This document shows, one piece after another, positions 30,185 through 39,430 of a stretch of 64,000 bases of DNA (position 1 is the first letter of the stretch; every line of letters begins with the position of its first letter). The translations under genes were made by a program, and so were the position numbers. A model generated the notes under the pieces. It searched no databases and had not been told where the DNA came from. It worked only from the letters and a program-made list of their open reading frames with translations. This stretch comes from Bdellovibrionales bacterium (GTDB lineage Bacteria; Bdellovibrionota; Bdellovibrionia; Bdellovibrionales; UBA1609), in NCBI GenBank assembly GCA_050246815.1, contig JBFWVI010000001.1, positions 35,433-99,432 on the forward strand, read 5' to 3'.

Positions 30185-31402
30185 ATGAACAAACTAAATT
30201 GGGTGATTGTCTTACTGTTGATAAGCCCCCTGGCTTTTGGCCAGAGCCGCTACCATGACCTACTTGTTGCAGATCTTGAAGACGTCGAAACCGACATGGA
30301 AGATGCGATGTCGGATTCTGAGGCTGCACGCGAAGGTGCAAAGGCAGCAAAAAAACGGGCAGAACAAGAACGCCGCAATCGTGAAAAAGCCAAGGCCGAG
30401 GCCAAGGACGCCTCGAGCAAAGCCCGCGTCAAAGAACGTGAAGCCAAACTGGAAATTAGCAGTGCCGAACGTGAAATCGAACGCGATCGCGCCGAAACCA
30501 ACCGCTTGGTGGGCGAAAAAACCGCCTTTGAAAATCAAATCCTCAAATTGGACAAACAGATCGCGGATTACAAAGCCAAGGTTGAAAAACAAAAAATGGA
30601 TCGCGAAGCCGCGCAAAAAGTGCGTGATGAAAAACGCGACCACGCTGCTGAGCTGATCAAACAAGCGCAACTGCTTGAGGAAGAAGTGCGTAAAAATAAA
30701 GATGAAGAACGCGCCGCTATTCAAGAGTTGGAAGCCGCCAAGAAAGAACAAAAACAGGCCGCCGAACGTTTGAAGCAGGCTCAAGACGACAACCAAAAAA
30801 CCGTGCGCAAGATGCAAGAGAAAGTGGATCACCTGAAAAATGAGGCCAACAAAGCCAAAGAGGCTGCGGCCCAATCTGAAACTCAGATGCGCGGTTTACG
30901 TCAAAATATGAGTAAACTTGAAAGCGAAACCCAATTGGCCGAGGTGGACGCGGAGCAGGCCAAGCGTCGCTCGGAAGAAGCCGGAGTGCGTTTGACTGAG
31001 CTCAAAAACAAAAACAAAACCAAAGCGGCCCAATTGCAATCGCGCAAAGCAAACGCTCAAGCGGTCATGGTGACTGCCGAAGATCGAGAAGCGTCGAAAA
31101 AGGTCGATTTGGCGGAGAGTCAGCAGGAAAACGACAATCTTGAAGCCGCCAGTGACAGCGGCAAAGTGAAAGTGCAACTGCAGCGTAAAGAGCCCAATGT
31201 CACACGCAAGCTTTCTGTGAACTGCTCGTTGTTAGATAAGCCAAGTCTGAGCGCCAAAGTCATCGGTACACGCCGTAAGGGGATGCAGCTTAGCACCGAG
31301 TCGGTGAATAAAAGCTGGGCTCGGGTCCAATCCGATAACAGCCAGCGTCCTGGCTATATGCCCATGTCTTGTTTCGAGGGCCGGACGCCCTCGATGCAGT
31401 GA
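30185..31402 (+). CDS. secreted long coiled-coil protein with C-terminal SH3-like domain
   Basis: signal peptide, ~300 aa E/K/A/Q-rich helix, LLDKPSLSAKVIG...SWARV...GYMP. Confidence 0.75.
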   Translation: MNKLNWVIVLLLISPLAFGQSRYHDLLVADLEDVETDMEDAMSDSEAAREGAKAAKKRAEQERRNREKAKAEAKDASSKARVKEREAKLEISSAEREIERDRAETNRLVGEKTAFENQILKLDKQIADYKAKVEKQKMDREAAQKVRDEKRDHAAELIKQAQLLEEEVRKNKDEERAAIQELEAAKKEQKQAAERLKQAQDDNQKTVRKMQEKVDHLKNEANKAKEAAAQSETQMRGLRQNMSKLESETQLAEVDAEQAKRRSEEAGVRLTELKNKNKTKAAQLQSRKANAQAVMVTAEDREASKKVDLAESQQENDNLEAASDSGKVKVQLQRKEPNVTRKLSVNCSLLDKPSLSAKVIGTRRKGMQLSTESVNKSWARVQSDNSQRPGYMPMSCFEGRTPSMQ

Positions 31403-32079
31403 GTTTGATTCGGCGTTAAGTGCCATAGCCACTGCGCGCGCGGACAAGAGTCCCGGAATAAATCTCGAGTCATATGATCGCGAACGGTTCCTTTAAAATC
31501 TGCGGGTACGAAGTGTCGCGCGGAAGCGGCCAAATCGGGGGACGCGTTTGCCCATAGCGATGCGGGTGGTAACCCTTGGTCAGTGGACCACAAATCGTGA
31601 AATGAAGCCCATTCGCTATTTTGCTGAAAGATTTGCCAGTGTTTAAGCCAGGATTCACGCTGACTGTCAAAATGCCGACTGAGCAGGGGCAACTGGCCTA
31701 AAAAGTTGCAAAATAAAAAGGCCGCGTCGGGATGTTCTTCACGTAAGTGAAAAAGCCCCTCAGGCCAAAGAAGCCCTTGTTTTTGCGAGAAATAATTTTG
31801 CCGTGCCCAATTTACCGTTAAACCCTTAAAGCGAACTTGAAAAAGACGAGATGAAAGGATGTCAGGGTCTGTGGCTGTGAGACGGTCAAACTGCTCCAAG
31901 AAAGCACGTGGCAAAGAGTAACCTGCCGAAGGCCCGATCAGCACCAAATGTCGACTGTGGGGCTGCCAAGATTTAAGCCAAGCGGATGTGCCTTGTCGAT
32001 GCGAGTCCCAAAGTTGTTGGCGGTAGCGCCAGGCTTTGTAATGATACGCGAGTCCACCGGTTGTGCCGAACAGGTTCAT
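31354..32079 (-). CDS. hypothetical protein, possible SAM-methyltransferase-like fold
   Basis: LVLIGPSAGY followed by an acidic residue at next strand end; start MNLFGT directly after upstream stop. Confidence 0.55.
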   Translation of the reverse strand: MNLFGTTGGLAYHYKAWRYRQQLWDSHRQGTSAWLKSWQPHSRHLVLIGPSAGYSLPRAFLEQFDRLTATDPDILSSRLFQVRFKGLTVNWARQNYFSQKQGLLWPEGLFHLREEHPDAAFLFCNFLGQLPLLSRHFDSQRESWLKHWQIFQQNSEWASFHDLWSTDQGLPPASLWANASPDLAASARHFVPADFKGTVRDHMTRDLFRDSCPRAQWLWHLTPNQTHCIEGVRPSKQDMGI

Positions 32080-32081
32080 TT

Positions 32082-32693
32082 TTAGTGGGTGTAATTGCGT
32101 GAGCCGGGCGGCGGAAAACGGCAACCTTCGGGGTGGTAAACATATCCTTGCCGCAGGTCCATCAACACCAATTCTAAAGCACCATTTTCGCCTTCGGGAC
32201 TCAGGCTGGCGTGCAGTTGATCACCTACATAACTGGATTCAGCGCCTTCTTGTTGAACCAACTTAAAGATGCGACCGTCTTCGATCGATAGACAGGCCAG
32301 GTCATTGCCTGAGGCCACGGCCATTTGTAAAAGAAAGACCAAGGCCAAATGGCTATTCTGTTTCAGACCTTCAATGGTGCTGGCCATGCGGGCTTTTTGG
32401 CGAAATTCGTGTCGTGATTTACACAGCTCGCGAGCGGTGTCGCGGGACATGGTTTGATTCTCAGCGCGGAAGATCCAAAATTTTGCGGGTTCGCGCAGGC
32501 GTTCAATGCGGATTTCATCGGTACCGACTTGTGTCACGCGCAAACGCTGGTCTCTTTTGTTTGCCGCGGGCATCGCTGAAGCCTGGGGCCTGCTCATGCA
32601 CAATGTGAGTGGCTGGGTGGTGAGGGCTTCTTGGGCCCACGATATAGGGATGGTCGCCACCAGGAACGTTAAACCCGCGATGAACGCTTTCAT
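32082..32693 (-). CDS. hypothetical secreted protein
   Basis: GGAGG RBS before MKAFIA, signal peptide. Confidence 0.6.
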   Translation of the reverse strand: MKAFIAGLTFLVATIPISWAQEALTTQPLTLCMSRPQASAMPAANKRDQRLRVTQVGTDEIRIERLREPAKFWIFRAENQTMSRDTARELCKSRHEFRQKARMASTIEGLKQNSHLALVFLLQMAVASGNDLACLSIEDGRIFKLVQQEGAESSYVGDQLHASLSPEGENGALELVLMDLRQGYVYHPEGCRFPPPGSRNYTH

Positions 32694-32856
32694 TCCGCCT
32701 CCGCCTCGACTCGCAAATAGAGTGAGCAACCCTTGTGCCAACAAAACGGGCACGAGCAGCGTGTCATCGAGGGGGCGGGCCGCATAGGTTTGAAGCAATT
32801 GCCTAGCGGGATAAGAAAAATTGCAGAAAGCGCAAAAGGTTTGGATCCAGGCGGAT

Positions 32857-33804
32857 CTAAAAACCGCGCTCTTTCATCCATTTGTCGTCGACAAATTTGG
32901 TCATGTAATTGCGAATGCCGTCGGCCAAGATGACCACGCAATTTTGGTCCTTTTTAAGGCGACCTGCTTCACGCATCACGCCGACCATGGCGGCCCCGCT
33001 AGAGCCGCCGCACAAGAAACCTTCTTCGCGGATCAAACGGCGCGCCATACGAAAAGATTCCTTGTCTTCAGTTTTGACCCATACATCGACCAGACTGCGG
33101 TCAAGAACCTCAGGAACAAAGTCGTAGCCAATGCCTTCGACCAGGTAGGTCTTTATTTCAGTGCCACCACCTAAGATTGAGCCAACCGGGTCCACACCGA
33201 CGATCAAGGCGTTTGGGCATTTCTCGCGAACTTTGCGGCCGATGCCGGTCAAGGTGCCGCCGGTGCCTGCCGAAATCACCACCATATCGACTTGGTTGTC
33301 GAGGTCCTTTAGGATTTCGGCGCCGGTGCCATCAAAGTGGGCCTTCCAGTTGCTGGGGTTGGCGTACTGATCCAAGATGTGAGCGTTTGGCAGTTCTTTT
33401 TGCAATTTTTTGGCGACGCCGATGTGGCTTTCGGGAGCATCCCAAGCGGCCTCGGTGGGGGTGCGAATGATCTCGGCGCCCAAGGCGGCCAAAGTCACTT
33501 GCTTTTCCTGGCTCATTTTTTCGGGCAGAGTGATAATCACACGATAGCCTTTGATGGCCCCCGCCAAGGCGATCCCGATGCCCGTATTGCCCGAGGTGGG
33601 TTCGATTAAAGTGTCGCCCGGTTTGATGCGTCCACTTTTCTCTGCGTCTTCGACCATGCGGTAACCGATGCGGTCTTTGACAGAACCGCCGGGATTTAAA
33701 AATTCACACTTTGCGTACACATTGCAGGGCAGCTCTTTGGTGACACGATTAAGCCGCACCAGGGGGGTATTGCCAATGGCTTGCAGCATATTGTTAAGTC
33801 GCAT
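32857..33804 (-). CDS. cbs: cystathionine beta-synthase (PLP, catalytic core only)
   Basis: [42 protein letters not shown]. Confidence 0.85.
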   Translation of the reverse strand: MRLNNMLQAIGNTPLVRLNRVTKELPCNVYAKCEFLNPGGSVKDRIGYRMVEDAEKSGRIKPGDTLIEPTSGNTGIGIALAGAIKGYRVIITLPEKMSQEKQVTLAALGAEIIRTPTEAAWDAPESHIGVAKKLQKELPNAHILDQYANPSNWKAHFDGTGAEILKDLDNQVDMVVISAGTGGTLTGIGRKVREKCPNALIVGVDPVGSILGGGTEIKTYLVEGIGYDFVPEVLDRSLVDVWVKTEDKESFRMARRLIREEGFLCGGSSGAAMVGVMREAGRLKKDQNCVVILADGIRNYMTKFVDDKWMKERGF

Positions 33805-33947
33805 CGTGTGCTCTCCTGTATTTGAAAGGGCCGATTTTGCGGGTTAATCATGGCGGCGCCAACTGATCGCGCCGCGCGTCATTCTCAATTGGGTTGCAGA
33901 TGTTGAAAATGCTGCCCGGCGCCGAATCCCCAGATTAAGTTTCGCCA

Positions 33948-34184
33948 ATGAATTTAAGCGAATGTCCCTTGCGTCAGCTGGCCGAAGTGACCGAGGTCAG
34001 CGGCGACGCCCACTTGAGACATCGGTTGATGGACTTAGGCATTTACGCCGGAGTGTTGGTGGAAGTGGTGGGTGCGATGCCTTTTTCGGGACCATTGATT
34101 ATTCGCGCCCAGGGCGCCACCTTGGCGTTACGCCGTGGAGAAGCTGCGTGCATTCAAGTGCAGGCCCGCAAAACGTTATCCTAG
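33948..34184 (+). CDS. feoA: ferrous iron transport protein A
   Basis: RLMDLGI, PFSGP, LALRRGEA; directly upstream of feoB. Confidence 0.92.
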   Translation: MNLSECPLRQLAEVTEVSGDAHLRHRLMDLGIYAGVLVEVVGAMPFSGPLIIRAQGATLALRRGEAACIQVQARKTLS

Positions 34185-36040
34185 TCGGTCCACCCAACTC
34201 GGGTAAGACGACCTTGTTTAATTGGCTGACGCATTCGCGTTTTCGCGCGGTCAATTATCCCGGCTCCACCGTGGATTGTTTACGTGGCCACAGCCATGCT
34301 AGCTTTGGCCGTGCATTGAGTTTGATAGATTCACCCGGAATTTATGGCTTGCGTGCCGAAGCTCAAGACGAGCAGATCACTTTAAAACTACTTCATTTCG
34401 ACAACTCTATGGGGCACTTGGACGCGGCCATCGTGTGTGTGGACAGCACCCAACTGGATCGTCATCTGCCTTTGGTTTTAAAATTGAAAAACATGGGGTG
34501 GCCCCTGGCTGTGGCGTTGACCATGCGCGATTTGGGGCAAAGCTCAGGGCAGCGGATCGATCGTGTTGAGCTTGAAAAATTGTTGCATACACCGGTTGTG
34601 GAAATTGATGGCCGTACCGGCAGTGGAGTCAGTGAGCTGATGGACCAGGTGCGGGGTCTGTCATCTTTAAAATCGGATACTGTGAAAGTTGCGAAACCAC
34701 CGTTGGACGAAGCCAGTGTGGCGAAACAGGTGCAGGAGTGGTTGACACGTATTCGTCAATCGCAGGCCCAGATGAAAGGGCCGGCCCAAACCACGGCGAA
34801 TTTGGATCGCTGGTTACTTCATCCATTTTGGGGCTTGCTTGGCTTTGTGGCTGTGATGGTGGCGTTATTCACGGCCGTATTTTGGTTGGCGGATCCGTTG
34901 ATGGGTTGGGTGGATCAGGGCTTTAGCGCCTTGGGCGGAGCTTTGCATCAAGTTGTAGGCGCGGGACTTTGGGCCGATTTCTTGGCCGATGGAGTGGTGG
35001 CAAGTTTTGCCGCAGTTTTGGTTTTTGTGCCGCAAATTCTAATTTTGTTTTTTGGCTTGGGATTGCTTGAAGACTCGGGCTATTTAGCACGGGCGGCGAC
35101 GTTGATTGATCGGCCTTTGTCTTTTGTGGGTTTGAGTGGACGAGCTTTTGTACCACTCCTTTCGGGATACGCCTGCGCCGTACCGGCGATCATGGCGGTC
35201 CGCACGATTCGATCGTCGCGCGAGCGCTGGCTGGCTATTGCTATAATTCCTTTGCTTTCATGTTCGGCACGGTTACCAGTTTATGCTTTGCTTTTGGCTT
35301 TTTTATTTCAAGGGCGACCGGCCTGGCATTCAGGCCTTGCTTTGGCCGCGATATATTTGGGCTCGGCCGTGGTCAGCGCCATGGCCGCAGCACTTTTGAA
35401 TCGTTTGGTGCAAGGCGGGGGGGCTTCGACATTCTTGATGGAATTGCCCTTTTATCGTCGGCCACAAATGGCGATCGTGATTCGCCATGCGCTGACCCGT
35501 ACCCGGGGGTATGTGCGGCGCGCGGGGCCGGTGATTTTTTGTTTGGCTTTAGTGCTTTGGGCCGCCACGACGTTTCCGCGGCCAGAAGCGGATGTCGCAA
35601 GTTCTGAGGCCGTTCGGCAAAGTTATGCGGGTCAAGTGGGGCAGTGGATCGAGCCGGTGTTCAAACCCTTGGGTGTGGATTGGCGTGTGGGGGTCGGGCT
35701 GCTTTCGGCCTTTGCCGCCCGCGAAGTTTTTGTCTCGGCTTTGTCGCTGGTTTTTGACGTCACAACCGAAGGCGATGAAGCTGGAATACGTCAGACTCTT
35801 TTGCACAGTATGCAGCAGGCACGGTTCACGGACGGCCATTTGATTTTCACGACGGCCTCTGTTTTGGGGCTTATCGTATTCTTTATGATTGCGTTGCAGT
35901 GCAGCTCAACTGTGGCTATCGCCGCGCGAGAAATGGGCAGTGTGCGCTTTGCGGTGGGTCAACTGGTGGTCTTAAATGTGGTGGCGTATTTGGCCGCTGC
36001 GTGCGTGGTTCAAGTCGCCACATTTTTTGGTTGGGGTTAA
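34148..36040 (+). CDS. feoB: ferrous iron transport protein B
   Basis: GPPNSGKT, NYPGSTV, DSPG, LEDSGYLAR, SCSARLP; GTG start with GGAG RBS. Confidence 0.95.
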   Translation: MHSSAGPQNVILVGPPNSGKTTLFNWLTHSRFRAVNYPGSTVDCLRGHSHASFGRALSLIDSPGIYGLRAEAQDEQITLKLLHFDNSMGHLDAAIVCVDSTQLDRHLPLVLKLKNMGWPLAVALTMRDLGQSSGQRIDRVELEKLLHTPVVEIDGRTGSGVSELMDQVRGLSSLKSDTVKVAKPPLDEASVAKQVQEWLTRIRQSQAQMKGPAQTTANLDRWLLHPFWGLLGFVAVMVALFTAVFWLADPLMGWVDQGFSALGGALHQVVGAGLWADFLADGVVASFAAVLVFVPQILILFFGLGLLEDSGYLARAATLIDRPLSFVGLSGRAFVPLLSGYACAVPAIMAVRTIRSSRERWLAIAIIPLLSCSARLPVYALLLAFLFQGRPAWHSGLALAAIYLGSAVVSAMAAALLNRLVQGGGASTFLMELPFYRRPQMAIVIRHALTRTRGYVRRAGPVIFCLALVLWAATTFPRPEADVASSEAVRQSYAGQVGQWIEPVFKPLGVDWRVGVGLLSAFAAREVFVSALSLVFDVTTEGDEAGIRQTLLHSMQQARFTDGHLIFTTASVLGLIVFFMIALQCSSTVAIAAREMGSVRFAVGQLVVLNVVAYLAAACVVQVATFFGWG

Positions 36041-36087
36041 CCGCTATTTATGAGATGGGCTCTCTAACTCATGAGGGAATTCAAAAC

Positions 36088-37404
36088 ATGATATTGGCGC
36101 GCAGATGGGTCGGGCTTTTGATTGCTTGCGTTTTTTTTGATTCCACAGCCTATGCGGCGGTGTTGGAGCTCAGTCAAGTGGTGCAGCAAGGCTTGGCTTT
36201 CAGCCCCGAAGTGAAAAAAGCCGAAGCGCAATTGAGCGAAGCGCAATCCACAACCACCCAGCGAAAAGGTCTGCTGGCTCCTAAAATTGATTTGTACGGT
36301 TCGGCACGGCTCAAAGAAGATCCTTCTCGTTCAAGCACCAGCACCTCAACCTTTGTGGGCAATGATGAAGAGTATGATGCCTCGGTTCGTTTGGTGCAGC
36401 CGCTTTATCGAGGCGGTTTGCTTTTTAACGGAATTGAAAGCTACAAACTCAGTGAAGAGATTGAGCGGCAACGGCTGTTTGACGCGAAACAGGCTGCTGT
36501 AACTCAACTTGTATTTGCCTACTACGATTTGGCCCAATCTGAAAAAGAATTGGTGGCTGCCGAAGAGCAGCTGGAAGTTTTAAAAATTTACGCTGATATC
36601 GTGCGCCGGTATGAACAAAATGGTCGCTCTAGACGTATGGATCGCCTGCAGTCCGAAGTGAATTTAAGTTTGACCACTGCCGATCAAGTGCGACTGCTTC
36701 GCCAGCGCAACGTATCTTCGGATATGTTAAAAAAGCTTTTGGGTCTTGGCACAGGGGGAGAGCCCTTGTCTGGAAAAATGCCGACTTTGCCGACGGCCGT
36801 CCCGCCGCCCGCTTTTGGCCTGGCGTATGAAACCATGTTGAAAAATAATCCTGAAATGAAAGTGGCCGAACTAACCAGGCAAAAGACTGATTTTGACAAT
36901 GCCATCGAGCGGGCTGAGGACCGGCCGACCCTCAACATCGAGGGAAGTTACGGCTATCGAGCGGCTGAGCGCCCGGATTGGTTTGCCGACAATTCGAACT
37001 ATTACACCATCGGGCTTTTTTTAACCGTCCCGTTGTTTTCGGGCTTCACCAGCTTGGCCAAACGACGGGTGCATGCCGAACGCCTGACACAAGATGAGCG
37101 CACGATTGAAGTGGTTCGTTTGGACCTCAGGCAGAGACTGCAGCAGTCGCTTTTGGCGCAAAAAAGTGAATATGAACGCTTAACCACGGCTCAAACGGCC
37201 GCCAAACTGGGGCGTGAAGCCCTGTTGTTGGCCAACAACTCTTTTCGCCAGGGAGTGGCATCCAATCAAGACGTTTTAAATGCGCAACGAACCCGTTACG
37301 ACTCTGAACGGCTGTTGATTGAGAGCCAATTCTCGTATTTACGCGCCCGCTTGGATGTGCAGCGGCTTTTGGGCACAAGTCTACAGCAAGTTTACGCCAA
37401 CTAA
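36088..37404 (+). CDS. TolC-family outer membrane efflux protein
   Basis: signal peptide from MILARR, LVQPLYRGG and LTVPLFSG repeats, DVLNAQ. Confidence 0.88.
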   Translation: MILARRWVGLLIACVFFDSTAYAAVLELSQVVQQGLAFSPEVKKAEAQLSEAQSTTTQRKGLLAPKIDLYGSARLKEDPSRSSTSTSTFVGNDEEYDASVRLVQPLYRGGLLFNGIESYKLSEEIERQRLFDAKQAAVTQLVFAYYDLAQSEKELVAAEEQLEVLKIYADIVRRYEQNGRSRRMDRLQSEVNLSLTTADQVRLLRQRNVSSDMLKKLLGLGTGGEPLSGKMPTLPTAVPPPAFGLAYETMLKNNPEMKVAELTRQKTDFDNAIERAEDRPTLNIEGSYGYRAAERPDWFADNSNYYTIGLFLTVPLFSGFTSLAKRRVHAERLTQDERTIEVVRLDLRQRLQQSLLAQKSEYERLTTAQTAAKLGREALLLANNSFRQGVASNQDVLNAQRTRYDSERLLIESQFSYLRARLDVQRLLGTSLQQVYAN

Positions 37405-37436
37405 GGGTTGCCGCTAGCAGAAATCGCCGGTGATAA

Positions 37437-39062
37437 TTGGTTATGGATCCTTTACGAGACTGGTCCGGCGCCAAATCCAATTCATCTGTTGCGATGTTTG
37501 CCAGCTATGGGGCGAAACTCACTGAAAATTTTGAAAAGTTCGCTCAAGCAGAGGCCATCGTCGAAGTGCCCGCGCATGGTCCCGTGCTTCGGCGAACTTA
37601 CCAGCAATTCGCAGAAGATGTTGAAAATGTACGCAAATTATTGCGTGCCCATGGGCAAGCACCAGTGGTGGCCACAATTGCCGGAAATACTTATCCACAC
37701 CTGCTGTGGATAAGTGCGACGTGGCTTGAGGGGCGCACTCTTTGCCCGCTCAATCCCGATGAGGGCATTGAGCGCTTGAAGCTGCGACTTGGGCAGTTGC
37801 AGCAGCCCGTTTCACTTTGGTTTGATCGTGGTGCACCGGTGGACGTGGAAACCTTGGGCGCGCTACCTATGCGTTGGCAAAGCAACACCACGTCGCCCCT
37901 GCAACCAGCTTGTGTCCGTGATTCCAATCGCCCCATGACGCTGATTTTCACCAGCGGGTCCACCGGCTACGCCAAAATTGTCGAGCAGATGGAAGAGCAG
38001 GTTTTGGCCAATGCTCAAGCTTTGGTGCAACACCATGGGCTTGATGACCGCACAGTGATTGCAACGCCACTACCTATTTTTCATGTCAATGCCTTGAATT
38101 TTTCATTTGTTTGCTCGCAGTTGACGGGTGGTAAATTGGTTCTGTTCGAAAAATTTCACCCCCATCAACTGAGTGAAATGTTGGCGCAGGAAAGGGTCCA
38201 CATCTGCAGTGTGGTGCCGCACATTTTACAGACGCTGCTTGAGCGTTTGCAGACCTTAAAAAGCGAGAGCTGGGACGAACTGCGCTATTTTGTCACGGCG
38301 GCATCAGCTCTGAGTCCGCAGTTGGCGAAGGATTTGGTGGCGCGTTTTCCAAAGCGGGTGGTGCAGGGGTACGGTCTTTCTGAGGCGGTGAATTTTTCGT
38401 GCTTAAACCCGATTGATTTGAACGCTCAGGATTACGCCAAATGGATGACTCAGTACGAGCGCCCCTCGATCGGAGTCCCTGTGTGGGGCAACGACGTTTT
38501 GATTTTTGATGAAAGTGGGAAGAGCTTGGGTGTCGGTGAAAAGGGCGAAGTGGTCATTCGCGGTCAAAATGTGATGCGTGGCTATCAAGGAGATACAGGA
38601 CGCCAAGTTTTTGAAGGCTCGGTGCTGCACACCGGGGATGTGGGCTTTTATCAAGAGGACGAGACTGGTCGTCGCTTTGTGTTTATCTGCGGTCGGTTAA
38701 AGGACACGGCGAAGCGGTTGGGGCAAACCGTTTCGTTGGTTGAGATCGACGATCTTCTGAGTGGCTGGTCAGAATGGGGAACCAAGGCCGTGGCAGTGGC
38801 CTTTGACCATCAGGTGGCGGGCGAAGAGTTGGCCGTGCTGGTGCAGGCCGAACCCCATCAGACGGTGCCTTTGCACGAACTGAAGCAGCTTCTGGAGAAA
38901 AAGTGTCCAGACTATATGCGCCCGCGTTTGATCGGCGTGACGACACAGGCGGTGCGGACCGCTTCAGGTAAGCCCATTCGTTGGAAATTAAAACCTTTGC
39001 TTGCAAAATTTCATGACCAAATGTTTGGCCCAAAAATCATTGATATGGGTCGATTGGACTAG
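37437..39062 (+). CDS. class I adenylate-forming acyl ligase (AMP-binding)
   Basis: FTSGSTGYAK, QGYGLSE, HTGD, GRLKD, TASGK. Confidence 0.9.
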   Translation: MVMDPLRDWSGAKSNSSVAMFASYGAKLTENFEKFAQAEAIVEVPAHGPVLRRTYQQFAEDVENVRKLLRAHGQAPVVATIAGNTYPHLLWISATWLEGRTLCPLNPDEGIERLKLRLGQLQQPVSLWFDRGAPVDVETLGALPMRWQSNTTSPLQPACVRDSNRPMTLIFTSGSTGYAKIVEQMEEQVLANAQALVQHHGLDDRTVIATPLPIFHVNALNFSFVCSQLTGGKLVLFEKFHPHQLSEMLAQERVHICSVVPHILQTLLERLQTLKSESWDELRYFVTAASALSPQLAKDLVARFPKRVVQGYGLSEAVNFSCLNPIDLNAQDYAKWMTQYERPSIGVPVWGNDVLIFDESGKSLGVGEKGEVVIRGQNVMRGYQGDTGRQVFEGSVLHTGDVGFYQEDETGRRFVFICGRLKDTAKRLGQTVSLVEIDDLLSGWSEWGTKAVAVAFDHQVAGEELAVLVQAEPHQTVPLHELKQLLEKKCPDYMRPRLIGVTTQAVRTASGKPIRWKLKPLLAKFHDQMFGPKIIDMGRLD

Positions 39063-39141
39063 AGCCCATCTTGCTCTGTTGAAATCCTAGCCTAGCGCCT
39101 GCGGCGTGGCTAGGATTTCAACAGAGCAAGATGGGCTCTAG
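39059..39141. repeat. 83-bp palindrome with 34-bp perfect arms (MITE/REP-like; possible bidirectional terminator)
   Basis: CTAGAGCCCATCTTGCTCTGTTGAAATCCTAGCC at 39059-39092, exact reverse complement at 39108-39141. Confidence 0.92.
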
Positions 39142-39374
39142 CTGAGATTGGTTGAGACTCTTTTTTTGTCGATCAACCGGGCCCAGCTATCCACCGTGCT
39201 CAGATTTTCGGTGGTGAGTTCGAGCGAGAAAAAACTGACTTTGAAAAACTTTTCGACTTCGCCGACGATAGAAAACAGCTCCAGGCTATTGAGCTGTTGG
39301 CTGAGCGGCTGAGTGGCGTCAAAACCCGCCACTTTTGAGCCTAGAAGTCGAGAGAGTTCATCCTTCGTTGTCAT
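39138..39374 (-). CDS. acyl/aminoacyl carrier protein
   Basis: 78 aa; LNSLEL phosphopantetheine-Ser motif, VEKFFKVSF, ENLSTVDS. Confidence 0.8.
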   Translation of the reverse strand: MTTKDELSRLLGSKVAGFDATQPLSQQLNSLELFSIVGEVEKFFKVSFFSLELTTENLSTVDSWARLIDKKRVSTNLS

Positions 39375-39430
39375 CGTGGTTCAAAGGATATTATAATTTG
39401 GCAAAGCGAGCAACAACCACAGGATGCAAT

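Noticed and set aside
33962..34147. N-terminal extension of FeoB in the ORF track
   Set aside because: Overlaps feoA out of frame; GTG at 34148 has an RBS and sits just before G1
37437..39374. NRPS/PKS or siderophore biosynthetic cluster
   Set aside because: No condensation, ketosynthase, IucA/C or TonB-receptor genes in the window
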